NCBI RefSeq assembly: GCF_000940845.1
Contig: NZ_CP010341.1
Coordinates: 1,740,001-1,772,000 of the forward strand
Length of the DNA stretch: 32,000 bases
Source of the DNA: Propionibacterium freudenreichii subsp. freudenreichii
Lineage (GTDB): Bacteria; Actinomycetota; Actinomycetes; Propionibacteriales; Propionibacteriaceae
Reading direction: 5' to 3'
Numbering within the stretch: the first letter of the stretch is position 1; each line of letters opens with the position of its first letter. A program made the translations under genes and the position numbers. The notes beneath the pieces are model-generated. The model saw only the letters and a list, made by a program, of their open reading frames with translations, was not told the origin of the DNA and did no database searches. Shown here piece by piece: positions 20,066 to 28,137 of the stretch.

Positions 20066-20788
20066 ATGAACTCCTATCGATACCAGAACACTCTGATCGG
20101 AGTACTTGGAGGAATGGGACCTGCCGCAACGGGAAAGTTCCTTCTTGAACTCACCACCGCATGTGGTGCGGCCCAGGACCAGGGTCACCCCCGAGCAATC
20201 GTCCTGTCTGATACCCACATCGCAGACCGGACGGCCGCAATCCTCAATCACGACGATCTTCCACTGCGCCAGACTCGTGAGGACATCTGGAAGCTCGTCG
20301 CCTGGGGTGCAACCCTGATCGCGGTCCCATGCAACACAGTGCACTATTTCATCAATCAATTCATCGACGAAGTACCAGTACCCTTCGTCAACATCGTTGA
20401 CGCGACACTGGACGCCGCACAGAAGGCCAGTCCTGAGGGAGCCTGGCTAACCTGTACGCGCGGCACCGTGGAAACAGGGCTGTACCAGCGGGAGGCAGAA
20501 AAACGCCATTACACGATACTCACACCGGACGACGATGGCCTGGACCAGCTCATGACCATTGTTGGCGAAGTCAAGGCAGGAAGACTGTCCGACGCCGGGA
20601 TTCATTACAGCGAGATTGCGGAGCAACTCATGTCCATGCATGAGCTGCCCCTCATGACCGCCTGCACCGAGCTCCCCTTGGCCTTTGAGGCCTCCGGGTT
20701 GTCTCCATCAATCCAGATTTCCTCCTTGACGGCTCTGGCTGAAGCCAGCATGTCGGAGATCAACAAGCTGGAGCCCGCCCTCAGCTGA
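20066..20788 (+). CDS. Asp/Glu/hydantoin-racemase superfamily protein, aspartate-racemase-like
   Basis: 240 aa. IGVLGGMGPAAT N-terminal motif and both catalytic-cysteine motifs (AVPCNTVH and TACTELP). Starts 12 nt after the dcuA stop, preceded by gagag. Confidence 0.8.
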   Translation: MNSYRYQNTLIGVLGGMGPAATGKFLLELTTACGAAQDQGHPRAIVLSDTHIADRTAAILNHDDLPLRQTREDIWKLVAWGATLIAVPCNTVHYFINQFIDEVPVPFVNIVDATLDAAQKASPEGAWLTCTRGTVETGLYQREAEKRHYTILTPDDDGLDQLMTIVGEVKAGRLSDAGIHYSEIAEQLMSMHELPLMTACTELPLAFEASGLSPSIQISSLTALAEASMSEINKLEPALS

Positions 20789-20793
20789 ACAAC

Positions 20794-20834
20794 AACAAGA
20801 GGGGGTCAGGATTTAATCCTGACCCCCTCTTGTT
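20794..20834. terminator. bidirectional hairpin terminator between the convergent racemase and MFS genes
   Basis: aacaagagggggtcaggat-tta-atcctgaccccctcttgtt forms a 19-bp perfect stem. Confidence 0.75.
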
Positions 20835-20891
20835 GCGCCGCAGCATTGGCGACCAGGGCCGGGGAGAGCTCCCCCCGGCCGTCGACCGCGA

Positions 20892-22229
20892 CTATTTCTC
20901 GGGTTCGGCGGCACTCTGCGCCGCTATTGCCTCATCGGTGGTCCACACATGCAGGCGCAGGGGGCGTCCCCGTTCGATGCGCACGCGAACTCCCTTGTGC
21001 ACGAAGAAATACAGTCCGACGATCACACAGGCGGCGCCGGTGGCAATCGATCCGGCCAGCAACGACCATCGGGGCCCGGCCACGTCACCCACCCATCCGA
21101 CGATGGGGGCGCCGAGCGGCGTGCCACCCATGTTGATTGCCGCATAGACCGCCATCACCCGTCCCCGCATCGAGGGGGCGGTGGATATCTGCACGGTGGA
21201 ATTGGCGCTGGTCATCACGGTGAGCGCACACAGGCCGGTCGGGATCAGCAGGATCGCATAGAACCAATAGCTGGGCGCGAGCGCCAGGAAGGTGTTGGCC
21301 AGCGCGAAGCCACCCAGCCCCAGCAGCAGCACCGAGACCCGTGGGGCCCGGCGACGCGCCGCGATGATGGCCGCACCGAAGGTGCCGATGGCCATGATGG
21401 TGCCCAACGCACCGTATTCGGCAGCGCCCCGGCCGAACACCTTGGTGGCCATGGTGGCATTGGTGATCTGGAAGTTCATGCCGAAGGTGCCCAGCATGAA
21501 CACCATGAACAACACGAGCATGATGTCGGGGCGATGCCTGATGTAGCTGAGCCCCTCCCGCACCGAGCCACGCCCCTTGCGCTGCGGCGCCGGGTGCAGT
21601 TGCGCGGGATTCATGGCCAACAGCGCCCCGATCATCGCCAGGAAGCTGAGCGCATTGATGAGCATGCCCGGCGCCACCCCCACCGCCGCGATGAGCAGGC
21701 CGGCAGCCCCCGGCCCGATCAGCCGCGCGGCGTTGAAGGACATCGAGTTGAGGCCCACCGCATTGGGAATCAACGAGTCGGCCACCATCTCAGAGACGAA
21801 GGCCTGACGCGCCGGCATGTCGAAGCTCGCGACAACGCCCTGGGCGAAGGCGAACACGTAGACATGCCACAGCTCCACGTTGTTGGTGACCACCAGCAGC
21901 CACAGGAGGGCACAGTTGAGCCCGAGCAGGGTCTGGGTGATCAGCAGGATCGTCCGCTTGGGATAGCGATCGGCCACGGCCCCCGAGAAGGGCGCCAGGA
22001 ACGGAATCGCCAGGAACTGCAGGGCGCTGACGATGCCCAACGCCGACGACGAGCGGTCGGTCAGCTGGGTGAGCACCAGCCAGTCCTGACTCGTACGCTG
22101 CATCCAGGTGCCGATATTGCTGAGCAGGGCCCCGGTGAAGTAGAAGCGGTAGTTGCGCTGCGCCAGCGACACGAAGGTGCGTCCGACGCTGTGCCAGAAC
22201 GCAGCCGAACGGCTCTGGGTGGGATTCAC
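20892..22229 (-). CDS. MFS transporter (EntS/MFS_3-like efflux type)
   Basis: 445 aa with about 12 predicted TM segments. N-terminus NYRFYFTGALLSNIGTWMQ is typical of this MFS subfamily. GTG start overlaps the marR stop (GTGA). Confidence 0.85.
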   Translation of the reverse strand: MNPTQSRSAAFWHSVGRTFVSLAQRNYRFYFTGALLSNIGTWMQRTSQDWLVLTQLTDRSSSALGIVSALQFLAIPFLAPFSGAVADRYPKRTILLITQTLLGLNCALLWLLVVTNNVELWHVYVFAFAQGVVASFDMPARQAFVSEMVADSLIPNAVGLNSMSFNAARLIGPGAAGLLIAAVGVAPGMLINALSFLAMIGALLAMNPAQLHPAPQRKGRGSVREGLSYIRHRPDIMLVLFMVFMLGTFGMNFQITNATMATKVFGRGAAEYGALGTIMAIGTFGAAIIAARRRAPRVSVLLLGLGGFALANTFLALAPSYWFYAILLIPTGLCALTVMTSANSTVQISTAPSMRGRVMAVYAAINMGGTPLGAPIVGWVGDVAGPRWSLLAGSIATGAACVIVGLYFFVHKGVRVRIERGRPLRLHVWTTDEAIAAQSAAEPEK

Positions 22230-22771
22230 CGTGCCACCACCCCCTCGGTCAGTTCGGTGAGCAGCCGGGCGGCGTCGCGCAGCAGGGCCCGCTGATCGGC
22301 GTCGAGTCCGTCCAGCCGGCGCAGCATCCAGGTGTCACGTGCGGCCAGGGTGCGTTGCAGCTGGCCGCGTCCCCGCTCGGTGAGGCCGATCAGCACCTGG
22401 CGATGATCGTCGGGATCCGGCGTGCGGGCCACCAGCCCCTCCGCGACCAGGGCGTTGATCACCCGGGTGATGGCCGGTGTGCTCACCCCGGCGTGCGCGG
22501 CGAGTGCCGTGGGCGTCTGGGGGTCTGTCCGGTGCAGCTGCATGAGCACGCTCATCAGCGGGCCGGGCAGCTCGTCGCTGGCGTGACGAATACCGCGAGC
22601 AATGCGTTGGCAGGCAATCCGAACATCGGTGGCGAGGTTTGCCAGCTCCTCGTCGGCACCCGCCGGTGCCGGATGCGCGGTCCCGCCGTCGTGGGGCCCG
22701 GCCACGCCCGAGTGCGATGTTCCGCATCGACGCGCGTGGGTGTCGGGCTTCTCGTTGTCCTGTCTGCTCAC
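22226..22771 (-). CDS. MarR-family transcriptional regulator (start uncertain)
   Basis: Winged-HTH core LMQLHRTDPQTPTALAAHAGVSTPAITRVINALVAEGLVARTPDPDDHRQVLIGLTERG. I chose GTG at 22771. The track ATG at 22858 would translate through the AT-rich operator region. Confidence 0.75.
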   Translation of the reverse strand: MSRQDNEKPDTHARRCGTSHSGVAGPHDGGTAHPAPAGADEELANLATDVRIACQRIARGIRHASDELPGPLMSVLMQLHRTDPQTPTALAAHAGVSTPAITRVINALVAEGLVARTPDPDDHRQVLIGLTERGRGQLQRTLAARDTWMLRRLDGLDADQRALLRDAARLLTELTEGVVAR

Positions 22772-22790
22772 GAGGCACCAGACTAACCCG

Positions 22791-22816
22791 TTAACCAAGT
22801 TAATTAGCTTTGGTAA
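22791..22816. promoter_or_regulatory. AT-rich pseudo-palindrome, candidate MarR operator in the marR/GNAT divergent region
   Basis: ttaaccaagttaa|ttagctttggtaa gives 10 of 13 inverted matches. It also contains GTTAACCAA / GGTAACCAA repeats. This is the only AT-rich patch in the 140-bp intergenic region. Confidence 0.45.
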
Positions 22817-22911
22817 CCAAACCCGCGGGGCGGTTTCGCTCAGGGCCGCGATCAGCAACCACCAGGGGGACGATCAACCGCGCCCGACCTGGCCGGACCT
22901 ACGCTGCTTGG

Positions 22912-23424
22912 GTGCCCATCTCCTTCATCGTGCGCGACGCCGTGAACGACGACGCAGCCGCACTCACCGCCATCCACAATGCGCAGGGGGTGGCCACCAC
23001 GGCCAGCTATGCGCTGACGCCGGGCACCGTCCCCGACCGGCGGGCCTGGCTGGCCCGGCAACATGCCGCACGCCATCCGGTGCTGGTGGCCGCCGACGGC
23101 CAGGGACGGATCGTCGGCTTCGCCGACTACGACCGCTTCCGATCCCTGCCCGGCTATGACCTGACCGTGGAACACAGCGTCTACACGGCGCCCGGGCACG
23201 AGCGACTGGGGATCGGCGCAGCACTCATGGACCAGCTCATCGACCGGGCCCGCAGCGCCGGGATGCACGCCATGGTGGGCGTGATCGACGCCGACAATGC
23301 GGCGAGCATCGACTTCCACCGGCGACTGGGCTTCCGACTGTGTGGCACCCTGCCGCAGGTGGGCCGCAAGTTCGACCGCTGGCTGGACGCCTGCCTGCTC
23401 GTCAAGCTGCTGGACGAGCGCTGA
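22912..23424 (+). CDS. GNAT N-acetyltransferase, phosphinothricin/methionine-sulfoximine acetyltransferase (PAT)-like
   Basis: 170 aa from GTG (VPISFIVRDAVNDDAAALTAIHN...). HERLGIGAALMDQLIDRARSAGMHAMVGVIDADNAASIDFHRRLGF, and the C-terminal FDRWLD is typical of PAT-type GNATs. The start is chosen by family N-terminus length, with no clear SD. Confidence 0.75.
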   Translation: MPISFIVRDAVNDDAAALTAIHNAQGVATTASYALTPGTVPDRRAWLARQHAARHPVLVAADGQGRIVGFADYDRFRSLPGYDLTVEHSVYTAPGHERLGIGAALMDQLIDRARSAGMHAMVGVIDADNAASIDFHRRLGFRLCGTLPQVGRKFDRWLDACLLVKLLDER

Positions 23425-23483
23425 GCACCGCTGCCGCACGGACCCGGGAAGCGCCGCGACGCCGGCCTCGATAGGATTCCGAC

Positions 23484-23990
23484 ATGACGGCTTATCACGC
23501 GGATGCGGTCGACCAACACGACAAGGAAATCCTCACCTGGGATGGGCTGGGTGAGGCATCACGCGAACTGGCCCAGACAATCGTTGATTCGGACTTCGAT
23601 CCCGAGATCATCATCGCGGTGGCCCGCGGGGGCATGATCCCGGCCGGCGCGCTCACCTACGCACTGGGAACCAAGCTCACCGATGCGATCAACGTCGAGT
23701 TCTACACCGGCGTGGCCCAGACGCTGCCCGATCCGGTGCTCCTGGCGCCGATGCTCGACACCGAGTCGATCACGGGCAAGCGCCTGCTGGTGGTTGACGA
23801 TGTGGTCGACTCCGGACGCACGATGCAGCTGGTGATCAAGCTGCTGCGCGGCTTCGGTGCCGACGTGCGCAGCGCCGTGCTCTACGCCAAGCCCACCACG
23901 GTGGTGCTCCCCGATTTCGTCTGGCACCACACGGCACAGTGGATCGTCTTCCCCTGGTCGGCACAGCCGCCGGTGGAAGCCAGCAAATAG
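23484..23990 (+). CDS. purine-type phosphoribosyltransferase (hypoxanthine/xanthine-guanine PRT family)
   Basis: 168 aa. PRPP-binding loop LLVVDDVVDSGRT and IIAVARGGMIPAG. Confidence 0.8.
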   Translation: MTAYHADAVDQHDKEILTWDGLGEASRELAQTIVDSDFDPEIIIAVARGGMIPAGALTYALGTKLTDAINVEFYTGVAQTLPDPVLLAPMLDTESITGKRLLVVDDVVDSGRTMQLVIKLLRGFGADVRSAVLYAKPTTVVLPDFVWHHTAQWIVFPWSAQPPVEASK

Positions 23991-24007
23991 GCACACACTG
24001 ACCCACC

Positions 24008-24053
24008 AGCGATGAGGGGGACCCGCCGATTCCGGCGGGTCCCCCTCATCGCT
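24008..24053. terminator. bidirectional hairpin terminator between the convergent PRTase and M20 genes
   Basis: agcgatgagggggacccgccg-attc-cggcgggtccccctcatcgct forms a 21-bp perfect stem. Confidence 0.75.
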
Positions 24054-24065
24054 TTCCCGGGAGTA

Positions 24066-25325
24066 TCACTCCGGCAGCGCGCCGCTCCAGGCAAGTGCCG
24101 CGAGGAGGGCCGCCTGATCGCCCAACACGGCGTCGTCGTAACGGGCCAACGGCGAATGCAGCTGCGGAGCCGTGGCCGGGTCGACGCCGGGATACAGGGC
24201 CCCCATGAACAGGAAGGCCCCACGCACCTTCTCCAGCACATAGCTGAAGTCCTCGCTGGCCATCACCGGATGCTTCATCTCGACCACGCGCTCGGCGCCG
24301 AACAGCCGCGTCGCGGTGTCCAGCACGACCTGCGCCGCCACGGGATCATTCATCGTGGTGGGGCAATTGACCTTGAACTCGGCATCGACGGTGCAGCGAT
24401 GGGTGGCCGCCACGGACCTGGCCACCTCCACCCCGCGCCTGGCGAAGTGCTCGGTGGCCTCCGGGGAGACGGCCCGCACCGTGGCCCCGAGGTAGGCGGT
24501 GTCGTGGATCACATTGATCGCCTCGCCGGCCCTCAGCTGCGTGGTGGTGCACACCACCGGGTCGAAGACCGAGAACTCGCGGGTCACGAGGTTCTGCAGC
24601 TGCTGACCCAGGTCGAGCACGGCTGGCACCGGGTCGATCGCCGTATGGGGGGCAGAGCCGTGGCCGCCCAGGCCGGTGAAGGTGGCAGTCAATTGGCAGT
24701 TGCTGGCCATCTGGGCGCCGGCGCGCACGTGGACGGTGCCCAGCGGATAGGGCATTTCGTGGATGCCCCACGCCACCACCGGCTGGTCGCCGGCGGCATC
24801 GAGCAGGCCGTGGCTGAGCATCTCGGCTGCGCCCCCGGCGATCTCCTCGGCCGGCTGGAACATGAACAACACCGAGCCCGCCAGGTCGTCGCGCACCCGG
24901 CTCAACAGTTCCGCCGCGCCGACCATGCCCGACATGTGCAGGTCGTGCCCACAGGCGTGCATGCGCCCGTTGGTCGACCTGAAGGGCTCGTCGGTCTGCT
25001 CGGCCACCGGTAGGGCGTCCATGTCGCCGCGCAGCAGCACGGTCGGCCCGGGCCTGCCCCCGCGCAGCACCGCAATGATTGAACTGGACCCCTCACGGGT
25101 GTGGATCTCCAGGGGCAGGCCGTCCAGGGCCTGCAGCAGGCGCGCCTGGGTGCGCGTCAGGTCGAATTCCAGCTCGGGGATCTGGTGCAGCTCACGGCGA
25201 AGGCCCGACAGGCCCGCCTCCAGCTCTGCACCCATCGCCCGAAAATCGGGAGTGGTCGGATCGGGAGCCGTCCTGCCGGCCGCCTTGCCATGGGATGGCG
25301 TCGAAGCATTCGTTGCATTGCTCAT
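24066..25325 (-). CDS. M20D-family amidohydrolase (N-acyl-L-amino acid amidohydrolase / hippurate hydrolase-like)
   Basis: 419 aa. LHQIPELEFDL, GDMDALP, MHACGHDLH and FQPAEE motifs typical of the M20D/ama-hipO family. Confidence 0.85.
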   Translation of the reverse strand: MSNATNASTPSHGKAAGRTAPDPTTPDFRAMGAELEAGLSGLRRELHQIPELEFDLTRTQARLLQALDGLPLEIHTREGSSSIIAVLRGGRPGPTVLLRGDMDALPVAEQTDEPFRSTNGRMHACGHDLHMSGMVGAAELLSRVRDDLAGSVLFMFQPAEEIAGGAAEMLSHGLLDAAGDQPVVAWGIHEMPYPLGTVHVRAGAQMASNCQLTATFTGLGGHGSAPHTAIDPVPAVLDLGQQLQNLVTREFSVFDPVVCTTTQLRAGEAINVIHDTAYLGATVRAVSPEATEHFARRGVEVARSVAATHRCTVDAEFKVNCPTTMNDPVAAQVVLDTATRLFGAERVVEMKHPVMASEDFSYVLEKVRGAFLFMGALYPGVDPATAPQLHSPLARYDDAVLGDQAALLAALAWSGALPE

Positions 25326-25395
25326 GGAGCCATGGTTGCACCGGCCCCATCACCGCACCCGGAGCGTCCATCACCGAGCGGGTAGCGTGCCTGCC

Positions 25396-26547
25396 ATGGA
25401 GCAGCCAGCATCCGGGCAGGGTCACGACGAGGCACTCACCCGACTCGCGCCGACCACCCCGGGGCGCGCCATGCTGCTCGAATCGGGACGCCAGGCCCTG
25501 ACGCTGATCGCCCGATGGTGCCGCAACCATCATGTGGGGCTGGCGCTGCTGCCGAGCTATCACTGCGACACGATGGCCCTTCCGTTCTGGCTCGAGGGCA
25601 TGCGCGTGCACTTTGTGGAGGTGGGTGCCAACCTGCAGTTCGACCCGCCGGCACTCGGCACCGCGCTGGACGACGCCGATGAGCCGGCCCTGGTGGTGTG
25701 GTCACGGGTTGGTGCGATCGCGCCCGATGCTGCGCTGACCACGGTGTTGCGACGCGCCCGCGAAGGGGGCCACCTCGTGGTGGACGACGCCACCCATGCC
25801 GTGCTGGACGACCTGTTGCCCGACCCCCTGCGAACCGGCCCACTGTCGTCCACCAGCCCCCTGCCGACCACTGGCGCGTCAGCCACTGGACCCCTGCCGA
25901 CCTGCGACTTTCGCGTGGCCAGCCTGCGCAAGCTCGTCGCGGTGACCGATGGTGCCCTGCTGTGGTCGCGCGAGGGCATCACCCCCGACTCCCCCGCCAC
26001 CCGCAGTGGGGTCGACGAGGAATTGTCCGCGGCCCGATCCACGCTGCTCACCCGGTCGGCGGCACTGGAAGCCCGCACGCCGGTGCCGGTGAGTGCGACG
26101 ACGGCCGACCTGTCGGAGGCCCCGCCTCTGGTCGCCGACGATTACCTCGCCCAACTCGCCCGTAGCGAGGAGCTGTTCGACCGGGCCACCACCCCGGTGC
26201 CGATCAGCCACGGGGCCCGCTCGCAGTTGGGGATCTTCGACCTGCCGCGCCAGGCCCGTCGCCGACGCCGGGCCAACCGCGCACTGACCAGGGAACTTGG
26301 CGATGCACCACTCGAGGTGCTCAATGCGGGGCGCGCATGCTTTCCGCTCATCCGTTCGGCGGCCGCGCCGGCGATCGAGGATGCCCTGGCGCGGCGCGGG
26401 ATCTTCTCGCCGCAGAGCTGGCCACGGCCCGCCTACATGCCCGATACCCAGGGCTGGCCCACCGATGTGGTGAGCATCGACTGCGGGCCGACCACCAGCA
26501 CCGAGAAGATGAGGCAGATCGCGGCCATCATCACTGCGGCGTTGTGA
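25396..26547 (+). CDS. hypothetical protein, weak DegT/DnrJ/EryC1-like PLP-fold motifs
   Basis: 383 aa from MEQPASGQ. High GC3. ESGRQALTLIARW, VVDDATHA and ASLRKLVAVTDGALLW resemble, at motif level only, the small-domain, DDAxxA and S-x-x-K PLP-lysine regions of sugar aminotransferases. A Pro/Ser/Thr-rich insert (PLRTGPLSSTSPLPTTGASATGPLPT) precedes the lysine region. Confidence 0.6.
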   Translation: MEQPASGQGHDEALTRLAPTTPGRAMLLESGRQALTLIARWCRNHHVGLALLPSYHCDTMALPFWLEGMRVHFVEVGANLQFDPPALGTALDDADEPALVVWSRVGAIAPDAALTTVLRRAREGGHLVVDDATHAVLDDLLPDPLRTGPLSSTSPLPTTGASATGPLPTCDFRVASLRKLVAVTDGALLWSREGITPDSPATRSGVDEELSAARSTLLTRSAALEARTPVPVSATTADLSEAPPLVADDYLAQLARSEELFDRATTPVPISHGARSQLGIFDLPRQARRRRRANRALTRELGDAPLEVLNAGRACFPLIRSAAAPAIEDALARRGIFSPQSWPRPAYMPDTQGWPTDVVSIDCGPTTSTEKMRQIAAIITAAL

Positions 26548-26637
26548 TCACGGCTCGCGGCGACCGGCCCGTGCGGTCCGCCGGTCCTCGCGGCGCCTCC
26601 GCGGCGGACCCGGTCGGGCTGCTGCCGTCCACACGGC

Positions 26638-27693
26638 TCAGTCCAGGCGACCGTCGCCGATATGGACCGCCACATGGCCGCCCACCTCGGCCGACAGCTG
26701 ACGCGCCCGGGCGCAGATGATGTCGCCGTCGGCCTGCACGGGCAAGGGTTGATCGGGCTCGATGGTGACCCGCGCCCCCTGGGCCCGCTGCAGGCCATGC
26801 GTGGCAGTCCGTGTGTTGAGTAGGCCCGCCGCCGCAATCGCCATCCAATGCCCGGGGTTCTCCGGGCGGGTGGCCACCACGTCCAACAGCCCATCGTCCA
26901 TGCGCGCCCGGTCGGCGAGCACCGCGCCCGCGCGCAACGGTCCTACTCCCGGCAGCAGGGGCGTGTTCGTCGCCAACACTGACCAATAGCGCCCCCGCCG
27001 CCAGGGCGTGTCGTCGGTGCGCCACGACATCTCGAAGCCGCGACGGGGAAGCTGCCCCAGCCCCGCCACTCCATAGGCCAGGGGCCCCAGCACCCGCTTG
27101 GTGCGCCGATGGGTTGACTGCACCGACAGGGCATCGCGCCCCATGCCGACCATGGTGCAGAAGGGTTGCGGCGCCACGGGTTGCCCGTGCTCATCCCAAC
27201 AGCTGGCCAACCCGACGTCCAGGTCTGCCAGGTCGCCCAGCACGGCGACCCGCGCACGACCGCTCACCGATCCCCGGCGAAGGCCCAGCGCCGAGGCGAG
27301 CACATTGCCCGAGCCCGCGGCAAGGATGCCCAGGGTGCACTGGTTGGCGCCGGCACCGGCCAGCACCCCGGCGGCCAAGCGCACCGTCCCGTCGCCGCCG
27401 GCCACGACCACCGTGTCGGCCCCGGCGTCCAGGAACTGCACCACCTGTGCGCGCCCGGGCTCGGCCCGGGAGGTGTGCCGCACCAGCAACCGCGCCCCCA
27501 CCTCCCGGCACACGGCCTGCACCGAGTCGACGATGGCACCCTGACGCTCAGCCAGCGAGTGAACCAACAGCCCGACCACCCGGGGACGTCCGGACGGACG
27601 CGAAGGCCGGTCGAAGGGCTGGGGACGGGCACGCGGCAGCACATCGGACCATCGCGTCGGCCCATCGCCCTGCTTGTCCACCATGGGATTCAT
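26638..27693 (-). CDS. diacylglycerol-kinase-family lipid kinase (LCB5/YegS-like); start uncertain
   Basis: VVVAGGDGTV and ILAAGSGNVLA motifs. I prefer the start MNPMVDKQ (27693). The track ATG at 27816 adds a 41-aa Arg/Pro/Gly-rich extension. Confidence 0.8.
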   Translation of the reverse strand: MNPMVDKQGDGPTRWSDVLPRARPQPFDRPSRPSGRPRVVGLLVHSLAERQGAIVDSVQAVCREVGARLLVRHTSRAEPGRAQVVQFLDAGADTVVVAGGDGTVRLAAGVLAGAGANQCTLGILAAGSGNVLASALGLRRGSVSGRARVAVLGDLADLDVGLASCWDEHGQPVAPQPFCTMVGMGRDALSVQSTHRRTKRVLGPLAYGVAGLGQLPRRGFEMSWRTDDTPWRRGRYWSVLATNTPLLPGVGPLRAGAVLADRARMDDGLLDVVATRPENPGHWMAIAAAGLLNTRTATHGLQRAQGARVTIEPDQPLPVQADGDIICARARQLSAEVGGHVAVHIGDGRLD

Positions 27694-28137
27694 TGTGCCG
27701 CCAGGGTCGGCGTCGACGCCCGGTGGCCTCCCATTGCGTGTCCGCCGCCCGCGCCGCCGCGGCGTCAATGCGGGACCACCGGCCCGCGTTGTCCGCAATT
27801 TGAACCGGTTTGGCATATGGCAATTCGACAGCTATGTTTATTCACGTGAACAGCACTCCCGACCTGAGCCACGCGACGTCGTCGCGCGATGCCGTCGTGA
27901 TGATGTGTTGTCTCTGTTGCCGCTAGTCCGGCGCAGCTTTGTGCGGTCATACTCCCAAACTTCTGCGTTAGCCGGGCGGGCCTCCCAACTCCCCTGTCAG
28001 AGCCGGCGTGCTTGCACACCCGAACTCTCGTGACAGTACGGCGCGAAGGCCTCTCAAGCTCTTCACTGCGCCGTCACAGCAATTGACGGAAAACTCTCTT
28101 TCATCAAAAGCTATTCCCTCACTCGAAAGGCCCTCGC

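Noticed and set aside
20066-20788. Racemase-family gene as a maleate cis-trans isomerase (which would also yield fumarate)
   Set aside because: The N-terminal GGMGPAAT motif and the PCNT/ACTE cysteine contexts look like aspartate/glutamate-racemase-type rather than maleate-isomerase-type sequences. It is kept as an alternative to test, not as the call.
22772-22858. MarR starting at the ATG at 22858 (210 aa)
   Set aside because: That start would translate through the AT-rich palindromic operator-like region and add about 30 residues atypical for MarR proteins. GTG at 22771 is preferred, though still uncertain.
27817-28137. SAM or other riboswitch upstream of cysK
   Set aside because: I could not recognise conserved cores of the SAM-I, SAM-IV or other riboswitch classes by eye. 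It is reported only as an unexplained long intergenic region.
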